DNA of 64,000 nt from an uncultured bacterium (GTDB taxonomy: Bacteria; Bacillota_I; Bacilli_A; RFN20; CAG-826). Below, one piece after another: positions 55,633-64,000 of this stretch (the stretch's first letter is position 1; every line of letters begins with the position of its first letter). Where the stretch lies: assembly GCA_949299335.1 (NCBI GenBank), contig CASGAD010000017.1, positions 764-64,763 on the forward strand, in the 5' to 3' direction. The notes under the pieces are model-generated. The model searched no databases. It was given only the letters and a program-made list of their open reading frames with translations, and was not told where the DNA came from. Position numbers and translations under genes: made by a program.

Positions 55633-58125
55633 ATGATGAATAAAAAAATAATTAAACGTGATGGAAGAATTGAAGATTTTAAAGACTCTAAGATTTTAAA
55701 TGCTATTTCTAAAACATTTAAGTCTTTAAATTTATCTTTAAGTGAAGATGATGGTACTAAGATTTTAAATTTGATTCATGCTTCCATAGATTTAAAAGAA
55801 GAAGTAACAGTTGAAGATGTCCAAGATGAAGTCGAAAAAGCTTTAATGGCTTTAGATTTTTATGATATAGCCAAATCCTATATTTTATATAGAAATTCAA
55901 GAACTCAAATTAGAGAATATCGAGATTATATAGTGTCTCAATTTAATAGTTATGACTTAAGATTATTATTTAAAAATATTGAAAAAGATTTTCCTGGAAA
56001 TGAATACTCCTTATTACATTTAGTTAATAAATATAAAAGTTTATTAGTAGCTGAAGATAATGAAATTACTAAGATGGATACTTTAATTAAATCAGCCTTG
56101 GAATTAACAAGTATTGAAGCACCTAAATGGGACTATATAGCTGGAAGAATTGAGTTATTTAAGCTTTATATTGACATAAAAACTAAGTCGAAAGAATATA
56201 ATATCACTAGCTTTTTTAGTAAAATCAAATACTTAGTTGATAATGACTACTATGGTAGTTATTTATTGACCAAGTATAGTGAAGATGAAATTAATAAAAT
56301 TGAGAAAATGATTTTAAAATCTAGAGACCGCTTAATTAGCTATTCATCTTTAGATATTTTAAAGTCTCAATGCTTAATTAAAACAAAGGATGATTCATTT
56401 ATCGAAAGTCCTCAAGAAATGTTTATGACTATTGCGATGCATTTAGCCATGAATGAACAAGATAAATTAATTTATGTTAAAAAGTTTTATGATATCCTTT
56501 CTAAGTTTGAATTTGTCTTTTCTTTACCAATTTTAAAAAATGCTAGAAGACCTAGTAGTCAATTATCAAATTGTTTTATTGATATTATTGATGATTCAGT
56601 TAATGGTATATTTAATTCAATTTCTAATTTAGCTTCCACTTATAAAACTTGTAGTGGGATTGGACTATACTTAGGAAAATTACGTGCTTCTAGTTATTTA
56701 GATAATAATTATGAAAGCAATAACGGCATCATAAAATGGTTAAAAGTAATTAATGAAGTAGTTGAAGCCATTAATAAAAAGAACTATGTTAATGGAGTAG
56801 TCACTTGCTACTTAGATGTATGGCATAAAAATTTACTTGAATTTTTAGAATTGAAAAATAATAAAGGTAACTATGAATACTCAATTTTACCTGCGATTTG
56901 TTATCCAGATTATTTTTGGAAATTAGCTAGAGATAATATTAACGCTATGTGGTTTTTAATGGATCCTCATGAAATTTATGAAGTTAAAAACTATCATTTA
57001 GAGGATTATTATGGTATCGAGTGGGAAAATCGTTATTTAGATTGCGTTCACGACGATAGAATCAATAAAAAAGAAGTTCCAATTAAAGAAATAATTCGTT
57101 TAATAGTTAAAAGTGCTTTTGAAACTGGAACACCATTTTGCTTTAATCGTGATATAGCCAATAAAGAAAATCCAAATAAACATAAAGGAATGATTTATGC
57201 CTCTAATTTATGCTTAGAAATTATGCAAAATAATTCTAGTAGTGAACTACTCGATGTTAGTAAAGAAGTGACTTCTAATAATAATGAAGTAATTGTAAAG
57301 CGTTATAAAGAAAACGATTATCCAACTTCTCTAATTGGCTCAATTTGCTTAGCTAATTTGGATTATGAAAGTGATTCAAAATTAGAAGAAGTAATTAGAT
57401 TAGGAGTTAGAGCCTTAGATAACGCAATTGATTTAACTACTTCAATTAATTTAAATTCCTTAGAAACGTTAAAAAAGTATCGTTCATTAGGGATTGGAGT
57501 TAGTGGCTATCATGATATAGTGGCTAGTAAACTTATCTCTTTTGATAGTGAAGAACACTTAATATTTGCTAATAATTTATTCTCTAGAATTTCGTATTAT
57601 GTATTAAAAGCAAGTAATGAATTAGCTATTGAAAGAGGAGCCTATCCTTACTTTAATGGTAGTGAATATGAGAATGGCAATTACTTTGAAAGACATGGAA
57701 ATTTATCAATAAAACGGGCAAAACTCAAGTCAAATATTCAAAATTACGGATTAAGAAATGGATATTTATTAGCTTTAGGATCTTCTAGATATGCCAGTTT
57801 AATATCTTCAACAAGTCAAGGCGTAGGACCTATATCTTCTAAATTTTATTATGAAACAAATAGTAAAATAATGATGCCTAGAGTTATTAAAGGTATTAAT
57901 GAAGAGACTATTAATTACTATAAAGATGCTTATGAAATTAATAGCGAATATCTAATTAAAGTGAATCAAGTAATTAATAGATTTATCGATCAAGGAATTA
58001 CATTAAATCTTTACATTAATAATAGTTATTCAATGAGACAAATTTTAGATTTATATATTAAAGCTTATGAAGCTAATTTAAAGAGTGTCTATTTTGTACG
58101 TTCGAAGTCATTAAATTATGATTAA
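55633..58125 (+). CDS. nrdA: class I ribonucleotide reductase alpha subunit with one ATP-cone
   Basis: ATG 55633 follows AAGGAG. ATP-cone IIKRDGRIEDFKDSKILNAI. Active-site motifs are LSNCFI, ASNLCLEI and SICLANL. Confidence 0.9.
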   Translation: MMNKKIIKRDGRIEDFKDSKILNAISKTFKSLNLSLSEDDGTKILNLIHASIDLKEEVTVEDVQDEVEKALMALDFYDIAKSYILYRNSRTQIREYRDYIVSQFNSYDLRLLFKNIEKDFPGNEYSLLHLVNKYKSLLVAEDNEITKMDTLIKSALELTSIEAPKWDYIAGRIELFKLYIDIKTKSKEYNITSFFSKIKYLVDNDYYGSYLLTKYSEDEINKIEKMILKSRDRLISYSSLDILKSQCLIKTKDDSFIESPQEMFMTIAMHLAMNEQDKLIYVKKFYDILSKFEFVFSLPILKNARRPSSQLSNCFIDIIDDSVNGIFNSISNLASTYKTCSGIGLYLGKLRASSYLDNNYESNNGIIKWLKVINEVVEAINKKNYVNGVVTCYLDVWHKNLLEFLELKNNKGNYEYSILPAICYPDYFWKLARDNINAMWFLMDPHEIYEVKNYHLEDYYGIEWENRYLDCVHDDRINKKEVPIKEIIRLIVKSAFETGTPFCFNRDIANKENPNKHKGMIYASNLCLEIMQNNSSSELLDVSKEVTSNNNEVIVKRYKENDYPTSLIGSICLANLDYESDSKLEEVIRLGVRALDNAIDLTTSINLNSLETLKKYRSLGIGVSGYHDIVASKLISFDSEEHLIFANNLFSRISYYVLKASNELAIERGAYPYFNGSEYENGNYFERHGNLSIKRAKLKSNIQNYGLRNGYLLALGSSRYASLISSTSQGVGPISSKFYYETNSKIMMPRVIKGINEETINYYKDAYEINSEYLIKVNQVINRFIDQGITLNLYINNSYSMRQILDLYIKAYEANLKSVYFVRSKSLNYD

Positions 58126-58139
58126 TAGTAGGTGAAGTT

Positions 58140-59195
58140 ATGAATGAAATGGATAAATTAATTAAAAAATCATTATTTAATTCTCGTGGAGAAATTGGTT
58201 CTAAGTTTAAGTTAATAGTTAATGCTAACCTAACTAACATTAATGATTTTAATAACATTAAATATGATCGGGTATCAAATTGGTATAGAACTTCAATTAG
58301 CAATTTTTGGATTCCAGAAGAAGTTAATATGAATTTAGATGTTAAAGATTATAGAAAAGCTTTAACAATTGCTGAAAGAAGGAGCTATAACAAAACTTTA
58401 TCTTTTTTAATTTTTTTAGATAGCCTACAAACATTAAATATTCCTAATATCAATCAATATATTAGTGCTCCTGAAATTAGCTTTTGTTTAAATATTCAAT
58501 GCTTTCAAGAAAGTATACATTCCCAAGCCTATGCTTATATATTAGATACACTTTGTTCTCCTAGCGAAAGAAATGAAATACTTTATGATTTTAGAAATGA
58601 TAAATTAGTCTTAAAAAGATATGAATTTATTTCTAATGCTTATCAAGAGTTTCTAAATGATAGTAATTTAAATAGTTTCATTAAAGTGTTAGTGGCTAAT
58701 TATATTTTAGAAGGTATCTATTTTTATTCTGGATTTATGTTTTTCTATAACTTAGGTCGCAATAATAAAATGGTAGGGACCGCTGAAATTATTAGAAATG
58801 TTAATAGAGATGAAAATTCTCACCTCTCTTTATTTAGAAATATCATCTTAGAATTAAGAAAAGAAAGACAAAACTTATTCACTAAGGAAATGGAGCTCTC
58901 TCTTCAAGCAATGATAAAAGAAGCTTGTCGACAAGAAATCGAATGGGCATTTTATGTGATTGGAAATGAAATTCGTGGACTAGATATTACGATGATTAAA
59001 GACTATATAATGTATTTAGGTAATTTAAGATGTAGTAGTATTGGATTAAAACCAATATTTGAAGGTCATGAAAAAGAGCCTCAAAGTATGACATGGGTCT
59101 CTAAATTTAGTAAAAATGATTTTATTAAAGTTGATGAAGTGAGTACAAAAACTAATTTATATTCTAAATCATCAACTTTAAAAGATGATTTATAA
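58140..59195 (+). CDS. nrdB: class I ribonucleotide reductase beta subunit
   Basis: NFWIPEE, FLDSLQ, the metal and radical motif ESIHSQAY, and RDENSH. Confidence 0.9.
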   Translation: MNEMDKLIKKSLFNSRGEIGSKFKLIVNANLTNINDFNNIKYDRVSNWYRTSISNFWIPEEVNMNLDVKDYRKALTIAERRSYNKTLSFLIFLDSLQTLNIPNINQYISAPEISFCLNIQCFQESIHSQAYAYILDTLCSPSERNEILYDFRNDKLVLKRYEFISNAYQEFLNDSNLNSFIKVLVANYILEGIYFYSGFMFFYNLGRNNKMVGTAEIIRNVNRDENSHLSLFRNIILELRKERQNLFTKEMELSLQAMIKEACRQEIEWAFYVIGNEIRGLDITMIKDYIMYLGNLRCSSIGLKPIFEGHEKEPQSMTWVSKFSKNDFIKVDEVSTKTNLYSKSSTLKDDL

Positions 59196-59196
59196 T

Positions 59197-59823
59197 TTAT
59201 TGAATATTGTTATTTCTAACATCTTTTAAAACTGCTGCTAAGACTTGAATCGATTTATTATCGTATCCATCATTATTTATGATTAAGTCAGCATAATATT
59301 GGCTAGGACCAATTATTTCTTCATACATTGGTTGGACGCTTTTAAAGTATTGAGTAGTGATGGAATCATAGGTTCTGCCTCTTTCATTGACATCACGTTC
59401 CATTCTTCTAAGTAATCTACGTTCACGGCTAGCGTTAATAAATACTTTTAAGTCGCCTAATTCACGAACATCTTTATTAACTAAAGCCATAATGCCTTCC
59501 ACAATGATTAAATCTTTAGGTGTAACTTTTTCAACTTTACTGCTTCTATTATGTTCTTTATAGTCGTAGACTGGTTTTTCGATAGTTTCTCCATGTTTTA
59601 ATTTAATAAGCTGTTCTTTCATAAGCTTCCAATCGAATGCTTTAGGATGATCAAAATTTTGCTTTTTTCTTTCCTCAATTGACATTAAAGAAAGATCCTT
59701 GTAGTAATCATCAATTGAAAAATGAGTTACACTATCTTCCCCAAGTAATTTAATTACTTGATCAATAACGTAAGTTTTTCCGCTAGCGGTGCCTCCGCCA
59801 ACAAGTATAATTTTTTTATCCAT
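59197..59823 (-). CDS. udk: uridine kinase
   Basis: P-loop GGGTASGKT and the Udk pattern DDYYKD...FDHPKAFD. Confidence 0.9.
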   Translation of the reverse strand: MDKKIILVGGGTASGKTYVIDQVIKLLGEDSVTHFSIDDYYKDLSLMSIEERKKQNFDHPKAFDWKLMKEQLIKLKHGETIEKPVYDYKEHNRSSKVEKVTPKDLIIVEGIMALVNKDVRELGDLKVFINASRERRLLRRMERDVNERGRTYDSITTQYFKSVQPMYEEIIGPSQYYADLIINNDGYDNKSIQVLAAVLKDVRNNNIQ

Positions 59824-59848
59824 AGACCTTTAGCCCTTTTCTATTATT

Positions 59849-60013
59849 AAAGAAAGTGAATTTTTAATCAATAAAAAATATTTTTTAAAAGATAAATATA
59901 CTTCAAAAAATTGACTTTCTTGAATAAAAAAATAACTTTTTGCAGGGTTTTTATATAAATTATAACTATAAAATTTATCTTAAAATAAAAGTTAATTCAA
60001 ATTCACTTTCTTT
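59849..60013. repeat. perfect 15-bp inverted repeat bracketing about 135 bp of the udk/degV divergent spacer
   Basis: AAAGAAAGTGAATTT (59849-59863) against AAATTCACTTTCTTT (59999-60013). Confidence 0.9.
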
Positions 60014-60056
60014 TCGAGAATAAATGTAAATACTTTATAAAGATGTTTTGATTTAA

Positions 60057-60065
60057 TGATATAAT
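60057..60065 (+). promoter_or_regulatory. extended -10 element TGATATAAT upstream of degV
   Basis: Read directly. Located about 48 nt upstream of ATG 60114, which is preceded by TAGGAGAG. Confidence 0.4.
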
Positions 60066-60113
60066 ATTATCGAGAGATAGTTATAATTTTTGAAATTCTA
60101 GGAGAGATGTATT

Positions 60114-60944
60114 ATGGAATATAAAATTGTAGTAGATAGTAGTTCAAATTTAAAAAGTGATTACATTAAAGATGAAGAAGTTGGTTTTGAAGTAGTTCCT
60201 TTGACTATCAGAGTTAATGGCAATGAGTATGTTGATAACGATAATATTAATTTAGAAGCCATGTTTAAGGATTTAGATTCAAGTAAAGAAGCAGGTAAAA
60301 CAAGCTGTCCAGCACCTAATGATTTTTTAGAAGCTTTTAAGGGTGCTAAGCATATTATTGTTGTTACAATTTCATCTAAATTAAGTGGTTGTTTTAATAG
60401 TGCAACAGTTGCTAAAAATATGAATGAAACTGGTGCTGATATTTTAATTGTTGACTCTAAACTTGTTGCTGGGGCAATGAGAATTTTAGTTGATACAGCA
60501 TATCGCCTTATTAAAGAAGGTAAAAGTTATGAAGAAATCACTAAGATTTTATTAGAAAAAAGGGACAATACTAACTTATTATTTGTCTTAGATAAATTTG
60601 ATAATTTAGTTAAAAACGGCAGAATGAGTAAAGTTGTAGCTTTCATTGCAACAATGGCCTTTATTAAACCACTTTGTTATGGTGATGATGGTGAAATTAA
60701 AGTTAAAGAAAAGATTAGAACTTTAAAAGGCGCTTTAAAACGTTTAGTTGTTAATATTGGTAAAATGGTAAGTGATACCAAAGATAGAATTTGTGTAATT
60801 TCACATACCGATAATGAGTATGATGCTTTATATTTACAAACCTTAATCAAAGAAGAATATGAATTTAAAGATGTAATCGTTGAAAATAATAGAGGTTTAT
60901 GTGCATTCTACTCATTAAAAGGTGGAATTATCGTTAGTTTTTAA
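60114..60944 (+). CDS. DegV-family fatty-acid-binding protein
   Basis: The N-terminus KIVVDSSSNL, TSCPAPNDF and the overall 276-aa layout are typical of DegV. Confidence 0.9.
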   Translation: MEYKIVVDSSSNLKSDYIKDEEVGFEVVPLTIRVNGNEYVDNDNINLEAMFKDLDSSKEAGKTSCPAPNDFLEAFKGAKHIIVVTISSKLSGCFNSATVAKNMNETGADILIVDSKLVAGAMRILVDTAYRLIKEGKSYEEITKILLEKRDNTNLLFVLDKFDNLVKNGRMSKVVAFIATMAFIKPLCYGDDGEIKVKEKIRTLKGALKRLVVNIGKMVSDTKDRICVISHTDNEYDALYLQTLIKEEYEFKDVIVENNRGLCAFYSLKGGIIVSF

Positions 60945-61043
60945 TAAATATTATTAAAACTTAAAAATATTTAAGCAAAATTGAATGAAATTTATTAGTA
61001 GTTAAAACTACAATTATATCTTTTAGTTTGTTATAATTACGGC

Positions 61044-61391
61044 ATGGCAAAAACGCAAAGTAGAACTGAGAAATTTAAAGAGTATCGTGAAGAGATTAAA
61101 AAAGAAACAAATGATACTAAAACAAGTAGTATAGAAATAGGAACATCTACAATCTTTTCAGCTCCTACTAAGGTAGAAAAAGTAAAGAAAAAGAAGGTTA
61201 AAAAAGACACTAGTAATAAACATGTCTATGAAACCGGACACGAAAAAAAGCCTTATGTCGTTAAAGAAAAAACAATTTATGATGAGTATGTGAAAGCAAA
61301 AACACTAAAAAGATTTGCTTATTTTCTTTTTGTAGCAATCATTATTGCGTTGCTAATTACAGTATTAATACTTTCACTTAAGAATTTTTAG
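61044..61391 (+). CDS. Lys-rich tail-anchored small membrane protein (unknown function)
   Basis: 115 aa. A charged N-terminal 85 aa followed by one C-terminal TM (FAYFLFVAIIIALLITVLILSL). Confidence 0.55.
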   Translation: MAKTQSRTEKFKEYREEIKKETNDTKTSSIEIGTSTIFSAPTKVEKVKKKKVKKDTSNKHVYETGHEKKPYVVKEKTIYDEYVKAKTLKRFAYFLFVAIIIALLITVLILSLKNF

Positions 61392-61399
61392 GGTGGGTG

Positions 61400-62074
61400 A
61401 TGAAAATGAAAAAGAACTATTCAATTGCAATCGATGGTCCAAGTGCAAGTGGAAAATCAACAGTAGCAAAGATTATTGCTAATAAACTTAACTTTATTTA
61501 TGTTGATACAGGAGCGATGTATCGTGCTTATACATACGCTGTTTTAAAGGCCAATTTAGATCCTAAAGATGAAAAGGCATCTGAATCATTAATTGGAAAA
61601 ATAGAAATTTCTTTTGATGAAAATAATCACATTACCTTAAATGGAGTAGATGTTAGTAAGGAAGTAAGATCTAATGAAGTAGCTGATAATGTCAGCTATA
61701 TTGCAAGTTATAAAAATATTCGTTTATTTTTAGTCGAATCTCAAAGAAAAATCGCTCAAAATAAAAATGTTGTTATGGATGGTAGAGACATCGGAACTTA
61801 TGTTTTGGATCATGCTGATTTAAAAATTTACCAAGTTGCTACCGCTGAAGAAAGAGCCAATAGACGTTATAAAGAAAACTTAGAAAAAGGTTTAGAAACT
61901 TCTTATGAAGATTGCTTACATAATGTCAATAAAAGAGATTATATCGATTCTCATCGTTCTTTTTGTCCACTTCATCCAGCTGATGATAGTATAGAAATTA
62001 ATACAACTGATATGACAATTGAAGAAGTTACAAATAAAATTTTACAAATTGCTAAAGAAAGAGGTATTTATTAA
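61400..62074 (+). CDS. cmk: cytidylate kinase
   Basis: IAIDGPSASGKSTVAK, DTGAMYR and the GRDIGT pattern. ATG 61400 follows GGGTGG; the ORF track uses GTG 61397. Confidence 0.9.
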   Translation: MKMKKNYSIAIDGPSASGKSTVAKIIANKLNFIYVDTGAMYRAYTYAVLKANLDPKDEKASESLIGKIEISFDENNHITLNGVDVSKEVRSNEVADNVSYIASYKNIRLFLVESQRKIAQNKNVVMDGRDIGTYVLDHADLKIYQVATAEERANRRYKENLEKGLETSYEDCLHNVNKRDYIDSHRSFCPLHPADDSIEINTTDMTIEEVTNKILQIAKERGIY

Positions 62075-63384
62075 TGTCTTTAGGCTTAGTAGCAATAGTT
62101 GGTTCTCCTAGTGTAGGAAAATCAACAATTTTTAATCGAATAATTGGTGAGAAAAAATCTATTATAGAAGAAACTAGAGGCGTAACTCGTGATAGAATTT
62201 ATGCCCATACTTCTTGGCTCACTAAATATTTTGATATTGTTGATACTGGTGGAATTGAACTTGAAAATTCTACTTTTCAAAGTCAAATCAGAATGCAAGT
62301 CGAGATTGCTATTAATGAAGCAGATGTCATTTTATTTGTTGTAGATGGAAAAGTTGGTCTTAACGATGATGATTATTTAGTGGCTAAAATGCTTTATAAG
62401 TCAAATAAGCCTGTTATTTTAGCAGTTAATAAAATTGATGATAGTCACCTAATTAATAATATTTATGAGTTTTATTCATTAGGATTAGGCGAACCTATTC
62501 CTTGTAGTGGAGCACATGGTGTTGGAATTGGTGAAATTTTAGACAAAATTTTAGAATATTTGTCAAAAAACGAAGAAAAACAATCTCAATTAACAGGATT
62601 AAGATTTTCAATTATTGGAAGACCAAATGTTGGTAAATCCAGTTTATGTAATGCTATTTTAAATGAAAATAGAGTTATAGTTTCAAATGTTGAAGGAACA
62701 ACTAGAGATGCTGTTGATACAAAGTTTGTCCGTAATGGAAAAGAATATGTTGTAATTGATACAGCAGGCCTTAAAAAAAGAGGAAAAATATACGAAGCCA
62801 TCGATAAATATGCAGCATTAAGAGCTTTAAGAGCGATCGATGGAAGTGATGTTTGCTTGCTCGTTATTGATGGGAATGAAGGAATTAAAGAGCAAGATAA
62901 ACATGTTGTTGGCTATGCAATAGAAGCTAAAAAAGCCATTATTATCATTGTCAATAAATGGGATTTAGTTAAAAAAGACAATAACACAATGAATGAATTC
63001 ACTAAAGAAATTCGTAAAGAATTTAAGTTTTTAGACTATGCTCCAGTTATTTATACTTCAGCAATTAACAAGTTAAGAATTGATGATATATTTGACACTT
63101 TAGAAAAAGTATATGAAAGTTATACATTCCAAATTCAAACTAGTGTTTTAAACGATATTATTCAAGAAGCTCAAATGATGAATGAAACTCCTGAATTTAA
63201 TGGAGGAAGATGCCGCATTTATTATGCTCAACAAGTTTCTTCGAAGCCATTAACTATTGCTTTATTTGTAAACGAGCCAACATGGATGCATTTCTCCTAT
63301 ATGAGATATATTGAAAATAGAATAAGAGAATCTTTTGAATTAACAGGTTCACCAATAAATTTAGTATTAAGAAAGAGAAAATAA
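62074..63384 (+). CDS. der: ribosome-biogenesis GTPase Der (EngA)
   Basis: Two G-domains (GSPSVGKST...DTGG...NKID and GRPNVGKSS...DTAG...NKWD) plus a KH-like C-terminus. TAATG overlap with cmk. Confidence 0.95.
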   Translation: MSLGLVAIVGSPSVGKSTIFNRIIGEKKSIIEETRGVTRDRIYAHTSWLTKYFDIVDTGGIELENSTFQSQIRMQVEIAINEADVILFVVDGKVGLNDDDYLVAKMLYKSNKPVILAVNKIDDSHLINNIYEFYSLGLGEPIPCSGAHGVGIGEILDKILEYLSKNEEKQSQLTGLRFSIIGRPNVGKSSLCNAILNENRVIVSNVEGTTRDAVDTKFVRNGKEYVVIDTAGLKKRGKIYEAIDKYAALRALRAIDGSDVCLLVIDGNEGIKEQDKHVVGYAIEAKKAIIIIVNKWDLVKKDNNTMNEFTKEIRKEFKFLDYAPVIYTSAINKLRIDDIFDTLEKVYESYTFQIQTSVLNDIIQEAQMMNETPEFNGGRCRIYYAQQVSSKPLTIALFVNEPTWMHFSYMRYIENRIRESFELTGSPINLVLRKRK

Positions 63385-64000
63385 TGGAAATATTTATTTA
63401 TGGTTGTGGTGCTTTTGCGTTAGGTTTAGGAAGTGTTTTAAATTCTAATGGTCATAAAGTGAAGTTGTATTGTCGAGATAAAGTTAGATGTAAAGAATTA
63501 TCTTTGACACATATTGAAAATAAATATTTTTCGAATTTTAAACTAGATGATGAACTTGAATTTACATCAAATTTGGATGAAATTAAAAATTATTCGATTA
63601 TTGTAATTGCTGTTCCTTCTAGTTCTATTAAAAATGTAGTTAATAAGTTTAATAGTTATTTAATTGATAAAAAAGTATTGATAATTAACGCAACTAAAGG
63701 CCTTGAACCATCGACCAATTCACGTATTTTAGACTATTTAAGAAAAAACTTGTCAAAAAATATAGATTATAAATTGGCTTCGATTTTAGGTCCTGGATTT
63801 GCTAAAAATATTTTAAAACATGATTTAACTTGCGTTAATTCTGTCTCTAAAGATTTAGAGGTAGCCAAGTTTGTCCAAGAGTTATTCTCTAATCATTATT
63901 TTAGAGTTTACGCTTTAACTGATGAAGTTGGAGCAGAATTTTCTTCAAGTATTAAAAATGCCATTGCTATCGCTAGTGGAATCTTATATGGACTAGGCTA
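63384..64000 (+). CDS. gpsA: NAD(P)H-dependent glycerol-3-phosphate dehydrogenase, N-terminal part (3' end lies outside the window)
   Basis: ATG 63384 overlaps the der stop (TAATG). The translation MEIFIYGCGAFALGLGSVL...INATKGLE...GPGFAKN...NAIAIASGI matches GpsA. Open to the window end, so absent from the ORF track. Confidence 0.85.
   Translation, partial: MEIFIYGCGAFALGLGSVLNSNGHKVKLYCRDKVRCKELSLTHIENKYFSNFKLDDELEFTSNLDEIKNYSIIVIAVPSSSIKNVVNKFNSYLIDKKVLIINATKGLEPSTNSRILDYLRKNLSKNIDYKLASILGPGFAKNILKHDLTCVNSVSKDLEVAKFVQELFSNHYFRVYALTDEVGAEFSSSIKNAIAIASGILYGLG

Noticed and set aside
1-64000. Mycoplasma-type genetic code (TGA = Trp), considered because of the extreme AT content and the many lipoproteins
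   Set aside because: Trp is written TGG throughout. ORFs up to 1000 codons are uninterrupted under the standard code. Well-supported genes end in TGA (for example 41941-41943 and 42738-42740, which also form ATGA start overlaps).
1-64000. CRISPR arrays, rRNA genes, IS elements, transposases, integrases or prophage blocks
   Set aside because: I saw no regularly spaced direct repeats. No ORF carries a recognisable transposase, recombinase or phage structural or packaging motif.

Overview
Very AT-rich bacterial chromosome segment read with the standard genetic code: Trp is TGG, and TGA ends genes (for example 41941-41943 and 42738-42740). It has many lipoproteins and no cell-wall genes, which suggests an Acholeplasma-like or other low-GC Firmicute/Tenericute; this taxonomic guess is inference only. 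All calls come from reading the ORF translations and DNA by eye. No database search was run, so family names are motif-level recognitions.

**Layout**
- 1-6.9 kb: trxB 3' end, small genes, tRNA-Gly(CCC), then a decayed zone. That zone holds an ATG-less ORF, a three-frame membrane gene, and an AgrC-like histidine kinase split in an A7 tract, followed by a LytTR regulator.
- 7-12 kb: lipoprotein, membrane protein and a domain-permuted GH3.
- 12-22 kb: assorted hydrolases, plus a U32 / DASS transporter / chorismate mutase operon lying divergent to a second U32 gene.
- 22-30 kb: a surface lipoprotein pair (Big_2 repeats and a ComEC-like MBL fold), then GH2 and a GPH symporter.
- 30-33 kb: an 840-aa orphan protein with a sigma-70 region-4-like HTH.
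- 33.7-51.1 kb: the standout locus (below).
- 51.7-64 kb: barnase-like RNase lipoprotein, LacI regulator, phosphofructokinase, nrdAB, udk, degV, cmk-der-gpsA.

**Standout locus**
A tightly packed operon of 15 same-strand ORFs sits between long non-coding flanks. It encodes:
- five tandem paralogs and three larger proteins that share a SipW-class-like signal-peptide end;
- an oversized SipW-type (S26B) signal peptidase;
- a membrane-anchored McrB-family GTPase with a zinc-ribbon partner;
- an ABC exporter pair;
- beta-helix proteins and a repeat lipoprotein.

I do not recognise this combination as a described system.

No CRISPR array, rRNA, transposase or integrase was recognised.
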